Sequence record: DRR378314_778
Strand: one strand, 5' to 3'
DNA: 64,000 bases
Position 1 is the stretch's first letter, and the number at the start of each line of letters is the position of its first letter. Of the stretch, positions 37,660-47,555 are shown piece by piece. The notes below the pieces were generated by a model. The model ran no database searches. It saw only the letters and a list, made by a program, of their open reading frames with translations, and was not told the DNA's origin. Position numbers and translations under genes: made by a program.

Positions 37660-38169
37660 TTAATTCAGCGATGCAGGAGTCAGGTGCCTGAGATCTGGCC
37701 AGATTTCATTGGCCTGCTCAATGTTACCTTCAAGGTTGCGTTGCCAGGCGACAGACACATCTTTGTTGACGTTGAGATAGAGCTTACCGTCGACGATCTT
37801 CCAGACATTTGGATCACCGTCCAGCTTCTTACCAAGCGCTACACCCATCGCACAGAAGCCTCCAAACTGAGGAAGGTAGCGGTCAGGATTGGCGATAAAT
37901 GTTTTCATGTTCTCGGCGCTGGAAAAATGATAGATGCCGCCGGTGTGCTGGACAGCAAATTTTTTGATTCCTTTTTCAGGGGCGCCGGATGTGAAGTAGG
38001 CAACCGGATCATAGCCGTGCAAAGCTAGGAATTGTTCATCCGTATTAACGGCCGATGTAGCGTTGTCCACGACAGCATAGGTCGGGGTGCTGAGGGTGAT
38101 GGTGGTTGCTGCCAGGGTCAGACCGATTGCAGTCAGCACAGAACGTCTAGTCAGTTTACTCATTTTCAT
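37660..38169 (-). CDS. Exported YHS-domain protein
   Basis: TRRSVL signal; GYDPVAYF, F.ANP..YLPQFGGFCA, IVDGKLYLN. Confidence 0.9.
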   Translation of the reverse strand: MKMSKLTRRSVLTAIGLTLAATTITLSTPTYAVVDNATSAVNTDEQFLALHGYDPVAYFTSGAPEKGIKKFAVQHTGGIYHFSSAENMKTFIANPDRYLPQFGGFCAMGVALGKKLDGDPNVWKIVDGKLYLNVNKDVSVAWQRNLEGNIEQANEIWPDLRHLTPASLN

Positions 38170-38321
38170 ATCTCCAATTTCAAAAATCAGTTTCAGGGTC
38201 TGCAGCTAACGTCTGCTGTTTCGTCCATACGTCGGATGAAATCCCGCTTTCCAACTGTCGATAGTCACAGCCAAAACATCGAACCGGGCTTCCCAATCTT
38301 GTCGGACATCAACACAACATT

Positions 38322-38367
38322 AACCGATCAGTAAATGTTAGGTAATATTTATTAACTGATCTGTCAA
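38322..38367. promoter_or_regulatory. Two putative TetR operators, same motif as 21257-21437
   Basis: ACCGATCAGTAAATGT 38323-38338 identical to 21422-21437; ACTGATCTGT 38355-38364 overlapping a minus-strand TTGACA. Confidence 0.7.
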
Positions 38368-38512
38368 TGTAAAATTAAAAAAAATAGGAGAATTACGGTT
38401 TTTATATAGAGGATATTGCAAAAATTTGCTGAATACTGCACAATTGAAAAAGGCGAAAAAATTTGGATCATAAACCATTCTGTAATGGTTTTGATGAAAG
38501 GAATGCAAGTTT

Positions 38513-39082
38513 ATGAGTGCTTCCAAGCGAGATGAGTTGGTCCAGAGGGCATTAAAAACCTTCTACCAGGGCGGTTTCCACGCCATTGGTATGGACAAGC
38601 TTGCCAAGGAGACAGGGGTTTCTAAGACAGCTATCTACAAACACTTCAGAACTAAAGAAGAGTTGATACTCGCGACACTAAGATTGCGGGATGAGCAGTT
38701 TCGAAACTGGTTGATGCGCCGGGTGATCGAATTGGAAAAAGAGCCAAAAGCCCGGTTGTTGGCAATTTTTGATGCCTTGGGAGAGTGGTTTCAAGAGTCG
38801 GAATTCAGAAGTTGTATGTTTATCAAAGCGTCTTCGGAATACCAGGATCGCACAAGTCCGATTCATTCTACATCAGCAGAGCACAAAAGGCTGCTACTGA
38901 AATATTTTACTGAACTGGCGACAGAGGCAGGGGCAAATGACCCGGGCCGGCTAGCCTGTGACCTTCTTATTGTGAAGGAGGGGGCGATTGTTCTCGCGCA
39001 CCTGTTCGCACCAGAAAAACTCGCCAAAGATGCCAGACGCACAGCTGAACGAATTATTGAGGCCGAGTTCGTGACCAAATGA
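38513..39082 (+). CDS. TetR/AcrR family regulator, paralog of 20674-21240
   Basis: SKRDELVQ, YKHFRTKEEL..LRLRDEQFRNWL, CMFIKASSEYQD. Confidence 0.92.
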   Translation: MSASKRDELVQRALKTFYQGGFHAIGMDKLAKETGVSKTAIYKHFRTKEELILATLRLRDEQFRNWLMRRVIELEKEPKARLLAIFDALGEWFQESEFRSCMFIKASSEYQDRTSPIHSTSAEHKRLLLKYFTELATEAGANDPGRLACDLLIVKEGAIVLAHLFAPEKLAKDARRTAERIIEAEFVTK

Positions 39083-39110
39083 TCTGTTAAATAGGGGCCT
39101 ATTCTTGTAC

Positions 39111-40022
39111 TCAGATGAAGTCCACGGTTCTAAAATGTCGCTCAATCAGTTTGGTGAAGAGATGAGAGGCTTTGTCCAGATTTTGGTGGGCAGATACGAT
39201 TGTTCCCACAGAATAGTCTTTTAGATGGTTATCTTGAAACGGAATAAAGCGGACTTCCTTGGTGTCCACCTCGGATAAAAATCCGATTTTGGTATAGATA
39301 CCGATTCCGATGCCTGAGAGGATCGCCTGCTTGGCCATGATGTGAGAGTTGGTGTAGAAAATTGTCGACAGTGGCGTCTTAAGCAGATCGATTTCCTGAT
39401 CAATAAAAGATGATTTTCTCCGGGCATCCAGTGTTCTAACTTGCTGGAAAGGGATACAGTCTTCAATGTTCACAAAATCTCTGTCAGCTAGGGGATGATT
39501 TGGCGAGACTAGCAGACCCATGGGAGCAGGGACTTCTGCCAGGATCCGAAGTTCAGGATGAAAATCGTTAATCTGGTTGGTAAAGCTCAAGCCGATATCA
39601 GTCTCACCGCGGGCAATATGCTCATTTATCTCACCTGGACCCAGTGTTTCCACCGAAAAGGAAACTCCTGGATATTCTTGAGAAAATTCCTTCAATACTT
39701 TAGGGAGGAAATCAAAAACCATTGAGTCGATGGCGGCGATTTTTACGTGACCGGTCTTTAACTCCCGAATGTCATCAATCTCGGCCCGTGCCTGATTAAA
39801 ATAGTACAGGGTCTTGCGACAATGTTCGACAATTACCTTGCCTGCGGGTGTTAATTCGACCCCGTCCGGAACCCGGTCAAATAGCCGCATTCCAAATTCT
39901 TCTTCCAGCTTGAGAATCTGCCTGTTTATGGCTGAGGACGCTACGTTTAAGACCTTCGCAGCCTTTCGAATTGATCCCTGCCTAGCGACTTCATCTACGT
40001 ACCTTATGGACGGATGGTGCAT
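39111..40022 (-). CDS. LysR family regulator
   Basis: GSIRKAAKVLNVASSAINRQILKLEEE. Confidence 0.93.
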   Translation of the reverse strand: MHHPSIRYVDEVARQGSIRKAAKVLNVASSAINRQILKLEEEFGMRLFDRVPDGVELTPAGKVIVEHCRKTLYYFNQARAEIDDIRELKTGHVKIAAIDSMVFDFLPKVLKEFSQEYPGVSFSVETLGPGEINEHIARGETDIGLSFTNQINDFHPELRILAEVPAPMGLLVSPNHPLADRDFVNIEDCIPFQQVRTLDARRKSSFIDQEIDLLKTPLSTIFYTNSHIMAKQAILSGIGIGIYTKIGFLSEVDTKEVRFIPFQDNHLKDYSVGTIVSAHQNLDKASHLFTKLIERHFRTVDFI

Positions 40023-40207
40023 TTTGAATAATTATTCCAATAAGTTAGTTGCGATGCCATTTCGGCATCAACATAGACTAATTTCTCTTCTTATGGCAGC
40101 ATACTTCTGCTGCTAAAGTCAATCCATAAGAAAGATAAGGTCGAAGCAGATCGCTATGTGGGAGAAACTAATTAAGTTTGCATCAAACAAATAAAGGGGA
40201 TTTTTAG

Positions 40208-41251
40208 ATGTCAACGAAACATATAATAAATATAGGACGGAGAGGCTTTGTAAAGGGACTTGGGGCGACAGCTGGATTTGCAGCTGCTGGGACAGTTCTT
40301 GGATTTTCACGATCTGTGCATGCCGATACTTTTGACGTGAATATGCAACTTGGCTGGATTGCTTCAAACGGTCAATTGGGTGAGGTCGCTGCCGATCACC
40401 TTGGCTATTATAAAGATGAAGGCCTATCCCTGAAAATTACACCTGGTGGGCCAAATGTGGATGGAATTGCTTCTGTGGCTTCTGGGCGGGCCCAGGTTGG
40501 ACAGCTTTCTTCCAGTCCTTCATTGATGTTGGCGCGTTCTGCCGGAATTCCGATTAAGTGTGTTGCAGCTGGCTATCAGCAACATCCATTCACCTATTTC
40601 TCCCTCAAGAAAAACCCGATTAATTCGCCTAAAGACATGGTCGGTAAAACAATCGGAACTCAGGGTACAGCAAGGATTCTGCTGCGGGCGATGCTTGCAA
40701 AACATGGCATTTCCTATGATGACGTGAATGTTGTGGTCATGGGGGGAGATATGGGGCCATTGATGAATGGCCAGGTGGATGCGGTAACTGGATGGCAGTC
40801 CAATATCAACGCGCTCAATATTCTGGGTGACCAACGTGTCGACATGCGGCTTTGGGATACCGGTATTCAGCTTTATGCGAACCCATTTTATGTGACTGAC
40901 GAAACGCTGCAAAAACATTCAGAGAAAGTTGAAGGCTTCATCCGGGCAACTGCAAAAGGTTGGGGTTGGGTTCATGCCAACCCGCAAAAAGCAGTTGAGC
41001 TTCTGGTGGAGCGGTATCCAAACATGAAACTGGAATCTGAGCGGCAAGCAGTCGACATTATATTGCGCTACGTTTTTAATGAAGAAACAAAGGCTGCCGG
41101 TTGGGGGACCATGACATCCGCAAACTGGGAAGCTCAAATCGAAACATACGAAAGCTTGGATCAGTTCAAGGGGGATGTCCCCAAATTGAGCGATGTCATG
41201 ACGCTTGACATTTTGGAGGCCACAAAAGCCAGTCGTCCAAAGTTAGGTTGA
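40208..41251 (+). CDS. ABC substrate-binding protein, NMT1/THI5-like, Tat-exported
   Basis: GRRGFVKG Tat motif; [16 protein letters not shown]. Confidence 0.87.
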   Translation: MSTKHIINIGRRGFVKGLGATAGFAAAGTVLGFSRSVHADTFDVNMQLGWIASNGQLGEVAADHLGYYKDEGLSLKITPGGPNVDGIASVASGRAQVGQLSSSPSLMLARSAGIPIKCVAAGYQQHPFTYFSLKKNPINSPKDMVGKTIGTQGTARILLRAMLAKHGISYDDVNVVVMGGDMGPLMNGQVDAVTGWQSNINALNILGDQRVDMRLWDTGIQLYANPFYVTDETLQKHSEKVEGFIRATAKGWGWVHANPQKAVELLVERYPNMKLESERQAVDIILRYVFNEETKAAGWGTMTSANWEAQIETYESLDQFKGDVPKLSDVMTLDILEATKASRPKLG

Positions 41252-41255
41252 TCCA

Positions 41256-42068
41256 ATGCGAAGTGAACTTGCTGTCGATATACCAAGCCCTGTGCCAGAT
41301 GAAACTGCTTATGCGGCGCATTTAACGGATGCTTGTGTCAAGTTTGGGGACTTTATTGCCCTCGATAAGATTAATCTGTCCGTGGAGGATGGAACCTTTA
41401 TGACCATATTGGGTCCATCCGGATGCGGTAAATCCACTTTGTTGAGGCTGATATCTGATCTTATCCCCATTGCTGGTGGGGATGTTCGGATTTTTGGGAG
41501 AACTCCAACGGAAGCAAGATTACCTCGTGAGTTTTCATTTGTTTTCCAGGATGCAACCCTGTTGCCCTGGAGAACAGCCATAGAAAATGTAAGGCTTCCT
41601 TTGGAGATGGGCGTTCGCAAAGATCGTCCGCTTCATCTCAGTGAGAGAAGCCCTGAAGAGTTGTTAGAGCTGGTAGGGTTGAAAGGGCGTGAAGATGCTT
41701 TGCCTCATGAACTTTCCGGTGGCATGCGTCAAAGGGTAGCGATTGCACGTGCCTTGGTTTGTAAGCCGCGTTTGCTGTTGATGGATGAACCGTTTGGTGC
41801 TCTCGATGAAATTACGCGGGATCATTTGAACGAACAAATCCTGAATATCTGGAAAGAAACCGGCGTGACAATTTTGTTTGTCACTCATTCCATTCCAGAA
41901 GCAATTTTCTTGGGTCAGAAATGCCTCATGCTAAGTGCGCACCCCGGACGTGTGATGGAAGTGGTAGATGTTGATTTGCCCCACCCCAGAAAGCTGGCCG
42001 TGCGAGAGACCAAGGAATTCGTAGATATCGCCGCCCACTTACGCGGCTTGTTGGAGGCAGCGCAATGA
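41256..42068 (+). CDS. ABC ATPase (TauB/SsuB-type)
   Basis: [34 protein letters not shown]. Confidence 0.93.
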   Translation: MRSELAVDIPSPVPDETAYAAHLTDACVKFGDFIALDKINLSVEDGTFMTILGPSGCGKSTLLRLISDLIPIAGGDVRIFGRTPTEARLPREFSFVFQDATLLPWRTAIENVRLPLEMGVRKDRPLHLSERSPEELLELVGLKGREDALPHELSGGMRQRVAIARALVCKPRLLLMDEPFGALDEITRDHLNEQILNIWKETGVTILFVTHSIPEAIFLGQKCLMLSAHPGRVMEVVDVDLPHPRKLAVRETKEFVDIAAHLRGLLEAAQ

Positions 42069-42877
42069 CAAACGCAGTCGAAGGCAAGGTAGGTTTGGAT
42101 ACATCAAAAATCATCATCCGCTTGCTCGGAATGAAATATGTTCCGCCCATGCTGGCAGCAATTGGGCTGATTGTCTTGTGGGAGTTGGGGGTCAAGATTT
42201 TTGGTGTTCCAACGTATATCGCACCTGCACCAAGTGATATAGGCACGGTACTGGTCACTGACATTGACATACTGATGACCAATTTCTGGCCAACGCTTTT
42301 TGAGAGTTTGCTGGGCTTCGTGTTTGGGAATTTGTTTGGGATATTGGCCGCGATTGTCTTTGTCCACTTCAAGAGGTTGGATGCGGCTTTCTTTCCATTG
42401 GCGGTTTTCGTCAATACAATCCCCATTTTAGCAATCGCGCCAATACTGGTGCTAATCTTTGGGAATGGATTGACGGCAAAAGTCATTATCGCATCCTTGA
42501 TCTGCTTCTTTCCAACCTTGGTGAATATGGTGCGCGGATTGCAGGCTGTTAATCCTCAAATGCTGGAATTGGCGCGAATTCTTTCCGCCTCAAAACCGGA
42601 GGTGTTCTGGATGATGCGCCTTCAGATGTCTTTGCCTTATCTGTTTTCTGCTCTCAAGATCGCCTCAACGACCTGTGTTATCGGCGCTATTGTCGGCGAA
42701 TGGGTAGGTGCGGATGTGGGGCTTGGGGCGTTGATTATTGACGCCACCTTCAACTTCAGGGCTCCGCTCTTGTACGCCACGGTGTTTGTGTCCTCTGGCC
42801 TTGCAGTGGTGCTGTTTTCCACCGTCACAATTGCAGAGAAAGTGTTGATCAAATGGAAGCCTGAGCAGGCAGTTTGA
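42065..42877 (+). CDS. ABC permease (TauC/SsuC-type)
   Basis: [19 protein letters not shown]. Confidence 0.92.
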   Translation: MTNAVEGKVGLDTSKIIIRLLGMKYVPPMLAAIGLIVLWELGVKIFGVPTYIAPAPSDIGTVLVTDIDILMTNFWPTLFESLLGFVFGNLFGILAAIVFVHFKRLDAAFFPLAVFVNTIPILAIAPILVLIFGNGLTAKVIIASLICFFPTLVNMVRGLQAVNPQMLELARILSASKPEVFWMMRLQMSLPYLFSALKIASTTCVIGAIVGEWVGADVGLGALIIDATFNFRAPLLYATVFVSSGLAVVLFSTVTIAEKVLIKWKPEQAV

Positions 42878-42943
42878 ATAAAAAACAAGCGTATTAATTA
42901 AATCTAAATTGAGCTTCTAACGACTCAAGTTAAGGAGATAGCT

Positions 42944-44305
42944 GTGTCTAATTTCGATAGAAAAAGCATTACAGAAATGACCCGTGAGGTACCGGTTGTT
43001 GCCCAATCAGATGTCGTTGTCGTGGGTGGTGGACCTGCTGGATTTACTGCTGCTGTGTCAGCAGCCCGAAATGGTTGCTCGGTCACTCTGCTGGAGAGAT
43101 ATCATCATCTTGGCGGGATGGCTTCTGGCGGTATGGTGTTGGTTCTAGACGACATGGTCAACGGTATGGAAGTGACCGTTAAAGGAATTGTGGATGAGCT
43201 CGTGGCCAATATGGCGCGTGAAAATGGCGCTGTTTTTCCACCGCCTGAGGATTATGGTTCCAGTGAAGAGCTATGGCAGAAATGGTCTCGCTGGGGCGTT
43301 CATAATTTTCACCTTCCGACACATCCACAACCGATTATTCATGCGGTCGCTTTTGATCCGGATGCTTGGAAACGAGCCTCCTTGCAGATGGTCAAGGAAG
43401 CCAATATCAACTTGCGCCTGCATAGCTGGTTTGCGGACACTATTGTCGAGGATGGCAAGGTTAAAGGTGTAGTTGCGCAGACGAAAACCGGTCGGCAGGC
43501 GATCCTAGGCGATGTGATTGTTGATGCTACCGGTGATCTTGATGTGGCGGCAGGCGGTGGCGCTGAATTCCAGACAGGTCAATATATCGTGACCACCGTA
43601 TTCCGGATTGCGAATGTGGATACGGATGAAGCAGAAAGATTCCGCTTCGAACACCCCAAAGAATATAACAAGCTCGATCGAGAGGCCCGCCGGATTATTG
43701 GCGGAGCCTGGGAAATGTGGTGGCTTAAAACACCGATCCCTGGCGTTGTGTGGTGCAACTGCCCGCACATGCCTGGCTACGATGGCATCTCAGTTGAAGA
43801 CAATACGCGGGCCGAATATGAAGGCCGCCGCCGTATGATGGCCCTCTTTGACTACGCCAAAAAGAACCTGCCAGGCTTCCAGAATTCCAGTATGTTGGGA
43901 GCGGCAGAGCAGTTGGGTATTCGGCAGACCCGGATGCTCAAGGGCGAGTATGTGGTGACCAAAGAGGATGTCACCAGCCGTCGTCATTTTGCCGATACTG
44001 TCTGTCGTGGCCGTGATTATTACACGCCATATCGGGCTTTGTTGCCGAAAAACTTGGACGGACTGATTGTTGCTGGCCGTCACTATTCAGCTGAGCCGGA
44101 AGCCCAAAAAATGTCTAGGGAAATCCCGCCTTGCATGGTGCAGGGAGAGGCAGCAGGCATAGCGGCCTCTTTGGCCTTGAACGGTAATATTTCCCTTCGG
44201 GATGTGGATCCAAAAGCTATTCAAAAACAAATGCGGGTCCAGGGTGCGGATCCTGGAGATGTGCCTTCAGACAACGCGTTGGTTGAAACCTTGGCGGCCG
44301 AATAA
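42944..44305 (+). CDS. FAD-dependent oxidoreductase of unknown substrate
   Basis: DVVVVGGGPAG, LGGMASGG, DATGDLDVA, GIRQTR, PYRALLP, GEAAG. Confidence 0.88.
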   Translation: MSNFDRKSITEMTREVPVVAQSDVVVVGGGPAGFTAAVSAARNGCSVTLLERYHHLGGMASGGMVLVLDDMVNGMEVTVKGIVDELVANMARENGAVFPPPEDYGSSEELWQKWSRWGVHNFHLPTHPQPIIHAVAFDPDAWKRASLQMVKEANINLRLHSWFADTIVEDGKVKGVVAQTKTGRQAILGDVIVDATGDLDVAAGGGAEFQTGQYIVTTVFRIANVDTDEAERFRFEHPKEYNKLDREARRIIGGAWEMWWLKTPIPGVVWCNCPHMPGYDGISVEDNTRAEYEGRRRMMALFDYAKKNLPGFQNSSMLGAAEQLGIRQTRMLKGEYVVTKEDVTSRRHFADTVCRGRDYYTPYRALLPKNLDGLIVAGRHYSAEPEAQKMSREIPPCMVQGEAAGIAASLALNGNISLRDVDPKAIQKQMRVQGADPGDVPSDNALVETLAAE

Positions 44306-44330
44306 AGTAATTTGAGAGAGAGTATCAAAA

Positions 44331-45485
44331 ATGACCAAGACAAGAGACTTGCCCCTTGATGGGATCCGGGTCGTGGACTTTACCCAAGTCATGCTTGGCC
44401 CCTGTGCCACTCAGGCATTGGCAGATTTTGGGGCGGATGTGATTAAGGTCGAACGGCCAGGAACGGGCGAGCTGTCGCGTAATGTGTTTGGCGGGAAGAA
44501 TGAGAAAGATCTGAACAATCCGATTTTTTATAGTCTGAACCGAAACAAACGGTCGATCACTCTGGATACCCGTAGTGATGAAGATAAAGATCTTGTCTAT
44601 GAACTGGTGAAGCAATCGGATGTGGTGGTCAATAACTTCCGACCAGGTGTTATGGACCGTATGGGTTTTGGCTATGAAAAACTGAAAGAAATTAATCCTC
44701 AGATTATCTTTGCATCGGGTTCCGGTTTTGGTCAGAGCGGTCCATATGTGCATAAAGGCGGACAGGATGTGTTAGCGCAGGCCATGACCGGCGTGATGGA
44801 ACGCCGTGCGGATCCATCTATTCCCCGGTCAATTTATCCGACGGCCCTTTGTGACTACACAGCGGGTATGCATCTGGTTCAGGGAATTTTGGCAGCCCTG
44901 CTTAATCGTCACAAAACCGGCGAAGGGCAGGAAGTATCTGTCTCCCTATACAATTCCATGCTCGCAATGCAGATGCAGGAAGCTTCCTACTGGGCATTTG
45001 AACATGCAGATCTGAACTGGGCCGCACTTCCTCTGACAGGCGTGTTTGATACGACTGATGGGGCGGTGGTTCTGGTAGGGGCGTTCAAAATGAACCCACT
45101 ACAAGACATCAGTACCGCTCTGGAATTAGGGGAAGATTTGTCGGAGAGGTACCCTGATCTTGAGACTCAGATTACCAATAAGGACTATCTGCAAGCACGA
45201 TTCAGGAAGGCGTTTGCCTCCAGTACCACAGCTTACTGGATATCTCGTTTGGAAGAGCAGGATCTCTTATGTGCGCCTGTAAAATCCTTGGACGAAGCTT
45301 TGGAGGATCCACAGACAATTCATAATAAAATGGTGACCTCCATGGACCACCCCCTGCATGGGAAGATCAAGGTGATCTCTTCGCCCATCCAGTTTTCAGG
45401 AACGCCGTTTCAGGTCTATCGTCCAGCCCCGACCCTTGGTCAGCACAATGCAGAGATCCGGGCAGAGTTTGGGGGCCTGAAATGA
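44331..45485 (+). CDS. Class III CoA transferase (CaiB/BaiF)
   Basis: PLDGIRVVD, GADVIKVE, NRNKRS, NNFRPG, AP.LGQH. Confidence 0.93.
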   Translation: MTKTRDLPLDGIRVVDFTQVMLGPCATQALADFGADVIKVERPGTGELSRNVFGGKNEKDLNNPIFYSLNRNKRSITLDTRSDEDKDLVYELVKQSDVVVNNFRPGVMDRMGFGYEKLKEINPQIIFASGSGFGQSGPYVHKGGQDVLAQAMTGVMERRADPSIPRSIYPTALCDYTAGMHLVQGILAALLNRHKTGEGQEVSVSLYNSMLAMQMQEASYWAFEHADLNWAALPLTGVFDTTDGAVVLVGAFKMNPLQDISTALELGEDLSERYPDLETQITNKDYLQARFRKAFASSTTAYWISRLEEQDLLCAPVKSLDEALEDPQTIHNKMVTSMDHPLHGKIKVISSPIQFSGTPFQVYRPAPTLGQHNAEIRAEFGGLK

Positions 45486-46258
45486 CAGTCACGCTGGAGA
45501 AGAAAGACCAAGTCGCCTATGTCACCATTCGCCGACCAGAGCGAATGAATGCGATAGATAGTGCAGCTGAAGCTGCCTTGGAGCAAATCTGGACGGATAT
45601 TGAAGGCGATGACAGTCTGCGGTGCGTGGTGATCACCGGCGAGGGCGAAAAAGCGTTCTGTGCCGGTGCAGATATGAAATCTGGCAGCGAAGTCAGCGGT
45701 GTTGAGTATTGGGCCCGCTCGCAAACCAATGGGTTTGGGGGGCTGGCCTATCGCGATAGCCTGTCCATTCCCATAATTGCGCGGGTCAACGGATTTGCCC
45801 TTGGCGGTGGATTTGAGATGCTGATGGGCTGCGACATTATTATTGCAGTGGATTATGCAAAATTTGGCTTACCTGAAGCCAAGGTTGGCCGCCTCCCTCT
45901 GGAAGGAGGAATGGTGCTGTTGCAGCGATTAATCCCTCAGAAAATTGCCCTTGGGATTATGTTGTCCGGCCGCAATTTGCTGGCTCAGGATGCCAAGCAT
46001 TATGGGTTTGTGAATGAGGTTGTGCCTTACGATCAGTTGGATGCAACTGTAGATCAGTGGATTACCGATATCAAATCCTGCGCGCCGCTTTCCATTAAGG
46101 CGATCAAGGATACGGTCCAGAAAACGGCGCATCTGATGCCGAAAGAGGCGCAAGCACTTCGCACACCAGCCTTGATCAAGGCCCTTCAATCCAAAGATTC
46201 CGAAGAAGGCGTGAAAGCTTTTGTTGAAAAACGCACTCCTCAGTGGACTGGGACCTAA
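45482..46258 (+). CDS. Enoyl-CoA hydratase / crotonase family protein
   Basis: AFCAGAD, NGFALGGGFE, FGLPE, EGVKAFVEKR. Confidence 0.93.
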   Translation: MTVTLEKKDQVAYVTIRRPERMNAIDSAAEAALEQIWTDIEGDDSLRCVVITGEGEKAFCAGADMKSGSEVSGVEYWARSQTNGFGGLAYRDSLSIPIIARVNGFALGGGFEMLMGCDIIIAVDYAKFGLPEAKVGRLPLEGGMVLLQRLIPQKIALGIMLSGRNLLAQDAKHYGFVNEVVPYDQLDATVDQWITDIKSCAPLSIKAIKDTVQKTAHLMPKEAQALRTPALIKALQSKDSEEGVKAFVEKRTPQWTGT

Positions 46259-46274
46259 GAGAGGAGTTTATATA

Positions 46275-46607
46275 ATGACATATGTAATTACAGCGCCTTG
46301 TGTAGATGTCAAAGATGGTGAGTGTACCAACGTATGCCCTGTTGATTGCATATATGAAGGGGGACGGATGTTCTATATTCATCCGGGTGAGTGCGTGGCT
46401 TGCGGCCTTTGTGAGTCAGTCTGCCCGGTGGATGCGATCCGTAAAATCGCTTTCGTGGAGCCAGAGGAGGAATCCTATGTTCTCGCCAATGAGGAATATT
46501 TCTCCGATCAAGTGACAGGGCTCGGTCTGGCTGGTGGATGGAATGCTACAACAACGACCATACTCGACCATCCGTTGATCACTGCACTTCCGCCCCAGAA
46601 AACTTAA
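46275..46607 (+). CDS. 7Fe (FdxA-type) ferredoxin
   Basis: MTYVITAPCVDVKD..C...CPVDCIY..ECVACGLCESVCP; GAGGAG RBS. Confidence 0.92.
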   Translation: MTYVITAPCVDVKDGECTNVCPVDCIYEGGRMFYIHPGECVACGLCESVCPVDAIRKIAFVEPEEESYVLANEEYFSDQVTGLGLAGGWNATTTTILDHPLITALPPQKT

Positions 46608-46630
46608 CTTATAATTTCGGAGATTTTCTG

Positions 46631-47530
46631 TTGGAAAAACAACCGTTAAGCGGTGTGATCGCCGCCATTCCAACTCCTGTTGATGAGGCAGGGAACCTGC
46701 ATTTGGAACATTTCATTTCGCATGCGAAATGGGTGCTTGCCAATGGATGCAATGGTTTAAATGTGCTCGGTACAACCGGGGAAGCGAATTCACTATCGGT
46801 GGAGGCGCGACTGATGATAATGGAGGCTGCCGCACAGCATCTGGACACATCAGATTTGATGGTGGGGACCGGTACACCAGATTTTGAGACGGCAGAACTG
46901 TTGACCCGTCATGCTGCAGATCTTGGATTTGCGGGGGCTTTGATCCTGCCGCCCTACTACTACAAACCGGTATCGGATGAAGCACTTTACGACTGGTTTA
47001 CCCGTTTGGTGAGAGTAATTTCGAAAACGGATATCAAACTGTATCTGTATAATTTCCCGGTCATGACTGGGATTAAATACTCGGTTGACCTGCTAGTTCG
47101 ACTGGCAGCTGATTTTCCGGGGCGAATTTGCGGGATCAAGGATTCGTCCGGAGATCTTGAATATTGTCAGGAGATCGTAAAGAGAATTCCGGGCTTCGCC
47201 GTATTTCCCAGCAGTGAGACAACCCTACCCACCGCGCAAACAGAAGGTTATGCCGGTTGCATTTCAGCTACCGTGAACTTGACAGCACCCCTATCGCAGA
47301 TAGCCTGGCAAAATCAGGATGCCGAGAAAGCTCTGATGTTGACAGATAAACTCAATCAGTTGCGGACCAGTATATCGGCAACGCCTCTGGTTCCCTCCAT
47401 CAAATATCTTTTGTCATTGCAGTATGGAACGGCAGATTGGCGCCCGGTTCTCCCTCCATTGCAACCCCTGCAGGCGATAGCTATTGAAAAATTGGCAGCT
47501 GTTTTCGAGCAGCTAAAAACTCAAGCTTAA
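46631..47530 (+). CDS. DHDPS/NAL family lyase or dehydratase
   Basis: LGTTGE, PPYYYK, LYNFP, GIKDSSG; TTG start after GGAG. Confidence 0.88.
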   Translation: MEKQPLSGVIAAIPTPVDEAGNLHLEHFISHAKWVLANGCNGLNVLGTTGEANSLSVEARLMIMEAAAQHLDTSDLMVGTGTPDFETAELLTRHAADLGFAGALILPPYYYKPVSDEALYDWFTRLVRVISKTDIKLYLYNFPVMTGIKYSVDLLVRLAADFPGRICGIKDSSGDLEYCQEIVKRIPGFAVFPSSETTLPTAQTEGYAGCISATVNLTAPLSQIAWQNQDAEKALMLTDKLNQLRTSISATPLVPSIKYLLSLQYGTADWRPVLPPLQPLQAIAIEKLAAVFEQLKTQA

Positions 47531-47555
47531 ATTTAGTGAAGAAACGGACGATCAA

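Noticed and set aside
37660-38169. Selenoprotein form of the YHS protein
   Set aside because: The relevant position is a Cys codon (GGFCA); no in-frame TGA
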